Assembly (NCBI GenBank): GCA_020137815.1
Contig: CM035360.1
Location: forward strand, 3,596,001 to 3,660,000
DNA from: Hormiphora californensis
Lineage: Eukaryota > Animalia > Ctenophora
Direction of reading: 5' to 3'
DNA: 64,000 nucleotides
Under the pieces are notes generated by a model. It was not told the DNA's origin and searched no databases. It worked only from the letters and a program-made list of their open reading frames with translations. Shown in pieces: positions 1 to 11,789 of this stretch. The translations under genes and the position numbers were made by a program. The number at the start of each line of letters is the position of its first letter. The first letter of the stretch is position 1.

Positions 1-50
1 AATATATCTAATGATTATCCTAATTAACGATCCTAATTAATTATATTATA

Positions 51-1426
51 CCGTAATCTGGGGTAACTTTGTTTTGCAGGGTAACTTTGGACACTTTCAA
101 AATTTGGCTTTAGTCCAAAATTACCAACAGATAACGACAGATTTGGCATAAATTTTGGGTGTACAAGTAACTGACCTACAAATGTCTAACTAACGGTACA
201 ATTATTTTTTTCAATTCTATGCTAATTAGCTCCTAATTAGGGGCAAACGTAATTGATGTCAAAATCGCTAAAAATGTTCAAATCAAAATGGGTACCATAG
301 ATTTGACCGGGCTAATGACCGAATCAAGTTTGCTCCATAGAGTGGAAGGGTTTCGATCAAATAATTCGGGGCACCATTTTTCAAACCCGATCAATTACTT
401 TAATTGAGACTAATAGGGGTGGCTAATGTTACCCCACCAGTTTTTGAATTTTGGGGTAACTTTGGACGGGGTGCCAAAGTTACCCCACATTACAGGTTTT
501 GAACTTTTGATGTCTGTAGAGTTGCCTTAGACCCTCTCTGAATTGTTTAGGGCCATATAACCCATTTCCATCCACCTATTTGATAGGTTAGTGAAAAAAA
601 ACTAAGATTTGAACTATTTTATGGAGCTAAATCACAGAAATCCGGCCTGAAACCCATCAAACTTCAATAATTTGGGGTTCCTCGTCTATCCTGTAGCTTG
701 TTAGGTGGTATTGGATCTCTAGGCGAGTGTTCTAGTTCTTGTAGACAATCTATGCAGGAGCACAGGTACCAGAACTCCTTTATCTAGCCAGTACCCATAA
801 GTAGACCACTTCCTGTCTATCCAATTCAGCAAAAAGAACTAACACACTCGCCTAGAGGGCCAATACCAAACTACAGGATGGATGAGGGACCCCAAATTAC
901 TGAAGTTTGATGGGTTTCAGGCCGGATGTGGCAACCTCTAAATCAAGTCCGATTGAGCTGAAATTTTATTTGGTGGCTAGTTTCATCATTCCTCACACCC
1001 AAAAAGTTGAGTCGACATCAACAAAATTTTTTAAATCATGGGCGTTTGGCTAACCCTATTGTTCTTTTTTAATATATTGACCCATTTAAACCCCATTTGA
1101 ACATTTTAGGTTCATTTATTTACCATTGCAAAATGTTCGGATGTATGTTTGTTCCAATATTACTATCGTGGGGTAACTTTGGACGGGTGTCCAAAGTTAC
1201 CCCACCCTCATTCCAAAGTTACCCCATGCCCTAAAACCCCACTTACACTAAAATACACGTTAATTAATGTAATTAAATGAAAGGGGACCAAAAATTTCAC
1301 TAGTTATATCTGGTGTACTAGGTCTGGAACGGGATCATTTGGTTCAAAAATTTTCGAGTGTGGTTCTGGCAAGGAGTTATTTTAGGAGAATGCTAAAAAG
1401 TGGTACAAAGTTACCCCAACTTACGG
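51..1426. mobile_element. Non-autonomous Tc1/mariner-pogo-like DNA transposon
   Basis: TIRs CCGTAATCTGGGGTAACTTTG / CAAAGTTACCCCAACTTACGG, each flanked by TA; internal GGGGTAACTTTGGAC copies; nested inverted repeat at ~641-927; no transposase ORF. Confidence 0.75.
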
Positions 1427-1463
1427 TATTAATTAAATATCTAATGATTCTCTCACCACACAG

Positions 1464-4400
1464 ATCCCGTTGTCAAGTTTGAAGAAGCACTTCGGTTGCC
1501 TGGTTACTCTTGCCTCAGCCATACAGAGCTTCACTGTTCACCACCTCCGGTTCGCTCCCAACATCAGTGCCTCAGGTAACTAGCTATACAGTACACGCTC
1601 TCTATCCATTGAATGTGTTACATCTGATTTAAGCGCCAAAATTATGATGGTCTTTGTCTCACTAGATATGGGGGGGGGGGTGACACGTAACACTTTGTAA
1701 CACTTTGTTCGGGGCCTGGCAAGGCCCCCCGACCCGAATATAACCCAAACTCAACCCATCCCCCCTAAAACATCCCCCCTAAAACTAAGACAACGGGGCC
1801 GAGCCGACAGGCCCTTAATACCAGATGAAAAAAAAACCATTCGGGGCCTGGCAAGGCCCCCCGACCCGAATATAACCCAAACTCAATCCATCCCCCCTAA
1901 AACATCCCCCCTAAAACTAAAACAACGGGGCCGAGCCGACAGGCCCTTAATACCAGATGAAAAAAAAACCATAAAACCATAACCATAACCATAACCATAG
2001 ATATTTTTAGAGTGAAAGTTTTGAAGCCCGCTGAAGTAGTAGAGAGGACAGAGGTGTTCTATGGCTCGTTGGAAAGGTCTCGAGGTCCCGCGACGTATAG
2101 GGGGTGTGGCGATGGCCATACCCAAACCTATAAGGGGTAGGACGCGAAAAACAGTCAAAATAAGGGGTATACAGAACTCGGCAATTAGAAGGAGTAGAAA
2201 GGTGTTCTAGGGTGCGTTCGAAAGCTCTCGAGGTGCTGAAGTAATTGGAATGTAATTGGAAGTAATTACATGTAATTAAAATGTAATTACATGTAATTAA
2301 AGGGTAATTACATGTAATTAAAAGGTCTAAATGACCCCAAATGACAATTCAGACATATTTTGACATATTTGGAGGCCCTGAGACCAGCGGGTGGCAAAAT
2401 TTAATCCGGTTTCGGGTCGGCTGACGTAAAAACTCCGCGTTTTGGTCGAGGTAAACCATAAATAAAACCATAAACCATAAAACCATAACCATAGATATTT
2501 TTAGAGTGAAAGTTTTGAAGCCCCCTGAAGTAGTAGAGAGGTGTTCTATGGCTCGTTGGAAAGGTCTCGAGGTCCCGCGACGTATAGGGGGTGTGGCGAT
2601 GACCATACCCAAACCTATAAGGGGTAGGACGCGAAAAACAGTCAAAATAAGGGGTATACAGAACTCGGCAATTAGAAGGAGTAGAAAGATGTTCTAGGGT
2701 GCGTTCGAAAGCTCTCGAGGTGCTAAAGTAATTGGAATGTAATTGGAAGTAATTACATGTAATTAAAGGGTAATTACATGTAATTAAAGGGTAATTACAT
2801 GTAATTAAAAGGTCTGCATGATCCCATATGATAATGTAAACATATTTTGACGTATTTGGAGGCCCTGAGACCAGTGGGTGGCAAAATTTAATCCGGTTTC
2901 GGGTCGGCTGACGTAAAAACTCCGCGTTTTGGTCGAGTAAACCATTCGGGGCCTGGCAAGGCCCCCCGACCCGAATATAACCCAAACTCAACCCATCCCC
3001 CCTAAAACATCCCCCCTAAAACTAAAACAACGGGGCCGAGCCGACAGGCCCTTAATACCAGATGAAAAAAACCATAACCATAACCATAAAACCATAACCA
3101 TAGATATTTTTAGAGCGAAAGTTTTGAAGCCCCCTGAAGTAGTAGAGAGGTGTTCTATGGCTCGTTGGAAAGGTCTCGAGGTCCCGCGACGTATAGGGGG
3201 TGTGGCGATGGCCATACCCAAACCTATAAGGGGTAGGACGCGAAAAACAGTCAAAATAAGGGGTATGCAGATCTCGGCAATTAGAAGGAGTAGAAAGGTG
3301 TTCTAGGGTGCGTTCGAAAGCTCTCGAGGTGCTGAAGTAATTGGAATGTAACTGGAAGTAATTACATGTAATTAAAATGTAATTACATGTAATTAAAGGG
3401 TAATTACATGTAATTAAAAGGTCTAAATGACCCCAAATGACAATTCAGACATATTTTGACATATTTGGAGACCCTGAGACCAGCGGATGGCCAAATTTAA
3501 TCAGGTTTCGGGTCGGCTGACGTAAAAACTCCGCGTTTTGGTCGAGGTAAACCATAAACCATAGATATTTTTAGAGTGAAAGTTTTGAAGCCCCCTGAAG
3601 TAGTAGAGAGGTGTTCTATGGCTCGTTGGAAAGGTCTCGAGGTCCCGCGACGTATAGGGGGTGTGGCGATGGCCATACCCAAACCTATAAGGGGTAGGAC
3701 GCGAAAAACAGTCAAAATAAGGGGTATACAGAACTCGGCAATTAGAAGGAGTAGAGAGGTGTCCTATGGCTCGTTGGAAAGGTCTCGAGGTCCCGCGACG
3801 TATAGGGGGTGTGGCGATGGCCATACCCAAACCTATAAGGGGTAGGACGCGAAAAACAGTCAAAATAAGGGGTATACAGAACTCGGCAATTAGAAGGAGT
3901 AGAGAGGTGTCCTATGGCTCGTTGGAAAGGTCTCGAGGTCCCGCGACGTATAGAGGTAAACCATAAACCATAAAACCATAGATATTTTTAGAGTGAAAGT
4001 TTTGAAGCCCCCTGAAGTAGTAGAGAGGTGTTCTATGGCTCGTTGGAAAGGTCTCGAGGTCCCGCGACGTATAGGGGGTGTGGCGATGGCCATACCCAAA
4101 CCTATAAGGGGTAGGACGCGAAAAACAGTCAAAATAAGGGGTATACAGAACTCGGCAATTAGAAGGAGTAGAAAGGTGTTCTAGGGTGCGTTCGAAAGCT
4201 CTCGAGGTGCTGAAGTAATTGGAATGTAATTGGAAGTAATTACATGTAAATAAAGGGTAATTACATGTAATTAAAGGGTAATTACATGTAATTAAAAGGT
4301 CTCCATGATCCCAAATGATAATTTAAACATATTTTGACGTATTTGGAGGCCCTGAGACCAGCGGATGGCCAAATTTAACCCGGTTTCGGGTCGGCTGACG

Positions 4401-7400
4401 TAAAAACTCCGCGTTTTGGTCGAGTAAACCATAAACCATAAACCATAGATATTTTTAGAGTGAAAGTTTTGAAGCCCCCTGAAGTCGTAGAGAGGTTTTC
4501 TATGGCTCGTTGGAAAGGTCTCGAGGTCCCGCGACGTATAGGGGGTGTGGCGATGGCCATACCCAAACCTATAAGGGGTAGGACGCGAAAAACAGTCAAA
4601 ATAAGGGGTATGCTGAACTCGGCAATTAGAAGCAGTAGAAAGGTGTTCTAGGGTGCGTTCGAAAGCTCTCGAGTTGCTGAATTAATTGGAATGTAATTGG
4701 AAGTAATTACATGTAATTAAAATGTAATTACATGTAATTAAAGGGTAATTACATGTAATTAAAAGGTCTAAATGACCCCAAATGACAATTCAGACATATT
4801 TTGACATATTTTGAGGCCCTGAGACCAGCGGGTGGCCAAATTTAATCCGGTTTCGGGTCGGCTGACGTAAAAACTCCGCGTTTTGGTCGAGGTAACATGT
4901 AACGTGCACAAAAAGTTTTCTGCACATGTTACAAAGTGTTACATAGTGTTACAAAGTGTTACATAGTGTTACAAAGTGTTACATAGTGTTACAAAGTGTT
5001 ACAAAGTGTTACATAGTGTTACAAAGTGTTACATAGTGTTACAAAGTGTTACATAGTGTTACATAGTGTTACAAAGTGTTACAAAGTGTCACGAAGTGTT
5101 ACAAATTGTTACAAAGTGTTACAAATTGTTACAAAATATTTACAAAATATATAAGACGGTTGGTGAATAAGTAATTTGAACGACTTTGGTGTCTTTCTAG
5201 AACACATCTAAAAGTTTTAAATCATTTCCAGGGTTAAAAAATACACTTTTTTACTAATTTGCGGATGTTTTGAGCCTCCAATGTCATCGACTGTGGAAAT
5301 CAGGGCTGAAATAGTCCATTTGGTAAAGAAAAATATGAGCTTTAGACAACGGCAAAGTTTTTAGAGTGATATTAAAAGTATTGTGCCTCTCAGAGGCCCC
5401 CAATGTGCTGAGTCACCTGTGAGTTGTGACCCAATCGACTTTTTTTCATTGGTAATCGATTCTTTGTACTTAATAAGATGATATACAACGTTTCTGTTGG
5501 AAAAAGAAATAAAATTTTTCCAAAATCAATTTTTTGGTCAAAGATTGAAAATTTGCTTCGCTACAAATCCTTGTGTGTTTGTAAATATTTTGTAACAATT
5601 TGTAACACTTTGTAACAATTTGTAACACTTTGTGACACTATGTAAGACTTTGTGACACTTTGTAACACTATGTAACACTTTGTAACACTTTGTAACACTA
5701 TGTAACACATTGATGATGCCTGTACATTGATGATGCCTGTACCGTATGTTATACGAGAGAGGAGGCAGTGTGTTTCTTTGATAAGATAGGTGAGCAGGAT
5801 CCGGACCATCTTATCAAATGGGAGGTTGACTTTCCAGAGGGTGATGACTTTGTACCTTTCTTGGGTACTAACATCCGGGTCACCGAATCTGGGGAGGTGC
5901 AGACGCGTTTCTACCGCAAGGAGGCTCGCAAGAATATCACACTGCACGCGAACAGTCACCACCCTATTTCCACTAAAATCCAAACTGTCCGTAATTTCTA
6001 CGCCACAGCGAGGCTAAGTGCATCAGATTCGGAACAAGAGGAGGCATCCCTGAGAATAGTGGACAACCTGCTGATTGCTAATGGGTACCAGAACCCTCGT
6101 CAGTTCGCACAACAACAGAGCTGTCGTTTGTACCAGGGTCAGAAGCAGCAGGTGGAGGACTGTGTTATTTTGAAACTGCCTTACATCTCTGAATCATTTT
6201 CATTATCGATCCAGAAGTTTATCTCTAGCCGCTCTCTTCCTATCAAAACAGTATTTACTCCAGGTACCAAGCTACGTAACATCTTCTGTAGCTCACGGCC
6301 CCTTGACAATGGAGCAGCTTACTGTGGGGGGAGATCATGTAAAATATGTCCACGGCTAGAGGGGGAGAGGAACTGCCAGGTGACTGCTCCAGTATACCGG
6401 ATTACCTGTAACATCTGTAAAGAGATCTACATCGGGGAAACGGGGAGAACAGCTAAAGACCGCTTTGGAGAACATCTCCGGTATGCCACCTCCCCTACGT
6501 TGAAATCTTACTCGGAGATGGCACTCGCAGTGCACTATAAACAGTTTCATAATAAGACAGTACCTGATTTGATTTTTGAGATTATTACAACAGAGTCACG
6601 TATCTTATATAGAAAGATTATAGAAGCATATTATATTAACAGAGAGAAGCCTACTATTAATTTAAAAGAAGAGTTGACTGATCTATCTAGATTCCTTATT
6701 TCTTAATATTATCCGTTTTTAGTATTTTCTAACGGCCATATTGGTCATTGAGTATTTTTAGCTAGATATCTTTTTGAGCAGTCGCGTGATTCCTATCTTA
6801 TTTCACTATCTGATCTTATTTCTTTACTATTTAAACCCCGTTTATTTCCTAGTCTTTACTTTTTGTTTTATAATTTTTCTAGTCCCGCGTGTAGCTTTTC
6901 AACCTTTTACTATTTCACTAAATTAGCTTAGCTTTAGAATTTTCCAGTAATTTTTATTTTACGATTGGTATGTGTACAGTTTTTCTAACATGTGTATTCC
7001 GTATATTATAGCCTGAAGATGGTGCTGTGCGCCGAAATTGATAGCGTTATTCTACAATAAAATCTACGTCTACTCATTTGTCCAGCCGGAAGGAGAAAAC
7101 AAAACTTCCTCACTATGTAACACTTTGTAACACTTTTTAACACTATGTAACACTTTGTAACACTATGTAACACTATGTAACACTTTGTAACACTTTGTAA
7201 CACTTTGTAACACTATGTAACACTTTGTAACACTATGTAACACTTTGTAACATGTAACGTGCACAAAAAGTTTTCTGCACATGTTACAAAGTGTTACAAA
7301 GTGTTACGTGTCACCCCCCCCCCTAGATATTGAATGCGGCTGAAAGATATTCATGTCATGACACGCCGCTGCCCGCTTCAAATTGATTCTTGGCCTCACA

Positions 7401-7580
7401 ACTCTACGTAAACTAACCCCCTCTTCCTCCCCATCAGACATATTCAAATGGTTGAACGAGACGACCGAGATGGAGGAGAGACGACAGGCCCTGTCAGATA
7501 GCCGTGCACACTTCGAACTTGTTAAATATGAGATAAGACAGGCTGTTAATAGTCTTCTAGCTCAACGGGTGTTTGTGTGA
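1464..7580 (+). CDS. Last two exons (1464-1575, 7438-7580) of an unidentified gene
   Basis: cag| and |gtaact boundaries; phase-1 junction G|AC joins IPLSSLKKHFGCLVTLASAIQSFTVHHLRFAPNISAS to DIFKWLNETTEMEERRQALSDSRAHFELVKYEIRQAVNSLLAQRVFV*; CTAAC branch-point-like site near 7413. Confidence 0.6.
1709..4891 (-). mobile_element. Tandem array of a ~600-bp Helentron/HINE-like unit (full and truncated copies)
   Basis: About 7-8 near-identical units; asymmetric inverted repeat CCGACCCGAA/TTCGGGTCGG, terminal hairpin GGGGCCTTGCCAGGCCCC, internal (AACCAT)n and GTAATTACAT sub-repeats. Confidence 0.55.
5723..6706 (+). CDS. Penelope RT (from YIDD) / thumb / Cys linker / GIY-YIG endonuclease, N-truncated
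   Basis: In-frame YIDDACTV upstream of the 5768 ORF; VPFLG, RFYRK, CGGRSCKICP, VYRITCNICKEIYIGETGR..RFGEH, P.IN. Confidence 0.9.
   Translation, partial: YIDDACTVCYTREEAVCFFDKIGEQDPDHLIKWEVDFPEGDDFVPFLGTNIRVTESGEVQTRFYRKEARKNITLHANSHHPISTKIQTVRNFYATARLSASDSEQEEASLRIVDNLLIANGYQNPRQFAQQQSCRLYQGQKQQVEDCVILKLPYISESFSLSIQKFISSRSLPIKTVFTPGTKLRNIFCSSRPLDNGAAYCGGRSCKICPRLEGERNCQVTAPVYRITCNICKEIYIGETGRTAKDRFGEHLRYATSPTLKSYSEMALAVHYKQFHNKTVPDLIFEIITTESRILYRKIIEAYYINREKPTINLKEELTDLSRFLIS
7005..7060 (+). ncRNA. Putative minimal type I hammerhead ribozyme in the Penelope pLTR
   Basis: CTGAAGA-TGGTGCTGTGCGCC-GAAA core with a stem II; stems I and III weak. Confidence 0.5.
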
Positions 7581-7693
7581 TCGGACTTGTTGTGTACATG
7601 GCTCTGCAATATCTTACTCCTACCAGACATCTGTACACGGCCAAGTAGGATCCAATGACAGATGCACACAACCAATGATTCGAGAGACAATAT

Positions 7694-8691
7694 AATCCGA
7701 GGAAATCGTGTATAAAATTTGACAAAACATAAAATTTATAGGGGCAATGTAATTCCTTCACTAAATGGTACTAATAGGTCCACCCTACCACCAAACGAAA
7801 GTTTACCAACCAACTCCATGGGGGGAGGTCCGATAATTGGCCTTAATTGGCACCTGTATTTTCAGTATGGGTCCAAAAATATAAATTCTCTTAGAATAGG
7901 AGTAGAGAAGAAAATAAGGGCACTAAACTGTGTAGCGTCCTCGCATTAGTGGGGGTAGACGCCCGTGAAAAGTCTCTATCTCATTTGGTTAATTAGATAA
8001 TTGGATAATTAGATCTGCACATAGCCGTTTTTGGCCATACGGCTATAGCCACTTAGGAATGGTTTAGAGATGTTTCACTGGTGCCATTTTTTAGCCAATG
8101 GCCAAGTTATGGGGGGTCGACGTCGGACTGATAAGCTCTATATCCAACCGCTTAGCCGTTATTTGGCTTTAAAGGTGCTCAAAATAGGGTTTTTTACCGT
8201 TTTTTGCTCATTTTGAGCACCTTTAAAGCCAAATAACGGCTAAACGGTTGGAGATAGAGCTTATCAGTCCGACGTCGACCCCCCATAACTTGGCCATTGG
8301 CTAAAAAATGGCACCAGTGAAACATCTCTAAACCATTCCTAAGTGGCTATAGCCGTATGGCCAAAAACGGCTATGCGCAGATCTAATTATCCAATTATCT
8401 AATTAACCAAATGAGATAGAGACTTTTCACGGGCGTCTACCCCCACTAATGCGAGGACGCTACACAGTTTAGTGCCCTTATTTTCTTCTCTACTCCTATT
8501 CTAAGAGAATTTATATTTTTGGACCCATACTGAAAATACAGGTGCCAATTAAGGCCAATTATCGGACCTCCCCCCATGGAGTTGGTTGGTAAACTTTCGT
8601 TTGGTGGTAGGGTGGACCTATTAGTACCATTTAGTGAAGGAATTACATTGCCCCTATAAATTTTATGTTCAAAGCACGATTTCCTCGGATT
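7694..8691. mobile_element. ~1-kb nearly perfect palindromic MITE
   Basis: Arms are reverse complements (same spurious ORF on both strands), centre ~8190; possible 5-bp TSD AATAT. Confidence 0.85.
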
Positions 8692-9154
8692 AATATAATT
8701 CATATTGATTTTATTTTGTGTTCATCCCAACCCCAATGAACTAAATCATCCACATTCCAGTAATCACATTTTTACTTAATTTTTGTCGGCCGGACTGTAA
8801 TTGAACGGTACGACACAGTGCAAAGGACACTTCTTTTTACGAATCATTAAAGGGACTTTTTAAACGGTTTCTATATCTTTTTTTAAGTTATTGTTATTCA
8901 ATTACTATCGATATTTTCGATATATTTCGTTATTAGAGCTGACGTGTTTTCATTTGTCTCAGCAGGGACGCAGTGATACAGCTCGTTTCACCAAAACTTG
9001 TCGGTGGACCGGGAGGATATTAGTCGGGGGACACTCTGTGTATATACTTGTGGATGAAGCAATATGTCGGGGGAAATTGGATAAATTGGGGTCCAACTGC
9101 AACTGTTTTAGTTGTCACTGCGTTCATGATCTGTGTAGCTGTACAATGTTGTCG

Positions 9155-11558
9155 TGTGTGACTGTGTACACTGTACTGTGTGTGACTGTGTACACTGTAC
9201 TGTGTGTGACTGTGTACACTGTACTGTGTGTGACTGTGTACACTATACTGTGTGTGACTGTGTACAATGTTCTGTGTGTGACTGTGTACACTGTATTGTG
9301 TGTGTGACTGTGTACACTGTACTGTGTGTGACTGTGTACACTGTGTCACTGTACTGTGTGTGACTGTGTACACTGTACTGTGTGTGACTGTGTACACTGT
9401 ACTGTGTGTGTACACTGTACTGTGTGTGACTGTGTACACTGTACTGTGTGTGACTGTGTACACTGTACTGTGTGTGACTGTGTACACTGTACTGTGTGTG
9501 ACTGTGTACACTGTACTGTGTGTGACTGTGTACACTGTACTGTGTGTGACTGTGTACACTGTACTGTGTGTGACTGTGTACACTGTACTGTGTGTGACTG
9601 TGTACACTGTACTGTGTGTGACTGTGTACACTGTACTGTGTGTGACTGTGTACACTGTACTGTGTGTGACTGTGTACACTGTACTGTGTGTGTGACTGTG
9701 TACACTGTACTGTGTGTGACTGTGTACACTGTACTGTGTGTGACTGTGTACACTGTACTGTGTGTGACTGTGTACACTGTACTGTGTGACTGTGTACACT
9801 GTACTGTGTGTCACTGTGTACACTGTACTGTGTGTGACTGTGTACACTGTACTGTGTGTGACTGTGTACACTGTACTGTGTGTGACTGTGTACACTGTAC
9901 TGTGTGTGACTGTGTACACTGTACTGTGTGTGACTGTGTACACTGTACTGTGTGTGACTGTGTACACTGTACTGTGTGTGACTGTGTACACTGTACTGTG
10001 TGTGACTGTGTACACTGTACTGTGTGTGACTGTGTACACTGTACTGTGTGTGACTGTGTACACTGTACTGTGTGTGACTGTGTACACTGTACTGTGTGTG
10101 ACTGTGTACACTGTACTGTGTGTGACTGTGTACACTGTACTGTGTGTGACTGTGTACACTGTACTGTGTGTGACTGTGTACACTGTACTGTGTGTGACTG
10201 TGTACACTGTACTGTGTGTGACTGTGTACACTGTACTGTGTGTGACTGTGTACACTGTACTGTGTGTGACTGTGTACACTGTACTGTGTGTGACTGTGTA
10301 CACTGTACTGTGTGTGACTGTGTACACTGTACTGTGTGTGACTGTGTACACTGTACTGTGTGTGACTGTGTACACTGTACTGTGTGTGACTGTGTACACT
10401 GTACTGTGTGTGACTGTGTACACTGTACTGTGTGTGACTGTGTACACTGTACTGTGTGTGACTGTGTACACTGTACTGTGTGTGACTGTGTACACTGTAC
10501 TGTGTGTGACTGTGTACACTGTACTGTGTGTGACTGTGTACACTGTACTGTGTGTGACTGTGTACACTGTACTGTGTGTGACTGTGTACACTGTACTGTG
10601 TGTGACTGTGTACACTGTACTGTGTGTGACTGTGTACACTGTACTGTGTGTGACTGTGTACACTGTACTGTGTGTGACTGTGTACACTGTACTGTGTGTG
10701 ACTGTGTACACTGTACTGTGTGTGACTGTGTACACTGTACTGTGTGTGACTGTGTACACTGTACTGTGTGTGACTGTGTACACTGTACTGTGTGTGACTG
10801 TGTACACTGTACTGTGTGTGACTGTGTACACTGTACTGTGTGTGACTGTGTACACTGTACTGTGTGTGACTGTGTACACTGTACTGTGTGTGACTGTGTA
10901 CACTGTACTGTGTGTGACTGTGTACACTGTACTGTGTGTGACTGTGTACACTGTACTGTGTGTGACTGTGTACACTGTACTGTGTGTGACTGTGTACACT
11001 GTACTGTGTGTGACTGTGTACACTGTACTGTGTGTGACTGTGTACACTGTACTGTGTGTGACTGTGTACACTGTACTGTGTGTGACTGTGTACACTGTAC
11101 TGTGTGTGACTGTGTACACTGTACTGTGTGTAACTGTGTACACTGTACTGTGTGTGACTGTGTACACTGTACTGTGTGTGACTGTGTACACTGTACTGTG
11201 TGTGACTGTGTACACTGTACTGTGTGTGACTGTGTACACTGTACTGTGTGTGACTGTGTACACTGTACTGTGTGTGACTGTGTACACTGTACTGTGTGTG
11301 ACTGTGTACACTGTACTGTGTGTGACTGTGTACACTGTACTGTGTGTGACTGTGTACACTGTACTGTGTGTGACTGTGTACACTGTACTGTGTGTAACTG
11401 TGTACACTGTACTGTGTGTAACTGTGTACACTGTACTGTGTGTGACTGTGTACACTGTACTGTGTGTGACTGTGTACACTGTACTGTGTGTGACTGTTTA
11501 CACTGTACTGTGTGTGACTGTATAGTACTGTACTGTGTGTGACTGTTTACACTGTACT
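9155..11558. repeat. 24-bp minisatellite (TGTGTGTGACTGTGTACACTGTAC)n, ~100 copies
   Basis: Near-perfect 24-bp period, degenerate at the edges. Confidence 0.97.
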
Positions 11559-11789
11559 GCCTCTTCCGGCAACTAAAACCCCAACCTTCCATATCCCACA
11601 ATCAAATTCAAACAGCGAAATTAAAAAGTTGGAAACAAATAACAAATGTGTACACTGTACAAGCACTTTATATACAAAAACATAGTCTGTCTCTCATGAC
11701 TCACTGCACTTAGACTTAGAGTAGCAGTGCTCAAATCAGTAGTGTGAGTCAGACTGCACGATATCATTAATATACCGGGAGGGATCATA

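Larger units (their letters stand above)
5708..7110 (+). mobile_element. 5'-truncated Penelope-like retroelement
   Basis: RT C-terminus plus GIY-YIG ORF, T-rich 3' region with hammerhead-like motif; interrupts the GTAACAC array. Confidence 0.9.
1670..7322. mobile_element. Foldback-like non-autonomous DNA transposon with 10-bp (GTAACACTTT/GTAACACTAT) arrays and two nested insertions
   Basis: 8-bp TSD CTAGATAT (1662-1669, 7323-7330); TIR GnTGACACGTAACACTTTGTAACA; unique core ~5150-5570. Confidence 0.85.

Noticed and set aside
1883-4651. Repeated MTVFRVLPLIGLG / MKVLKPPEVV ORFs
   Set aside because: Translations of the non-coding tandem unit on both strands, with inconsistent ends
7438-7580. 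Dynamin GED assignment for the terminal exon
   Set aside because: Only a weak LNE..EMEERRQAL resemblance; not enough to name
9020-11601. Long CDCVHCTV / TVYTVTHS ORFs (metallothionein- or cytochrome c-like)
   Set aside because: Stop-free 24-bp minisatellite with almost no synonymous variation and frame-breaking indels
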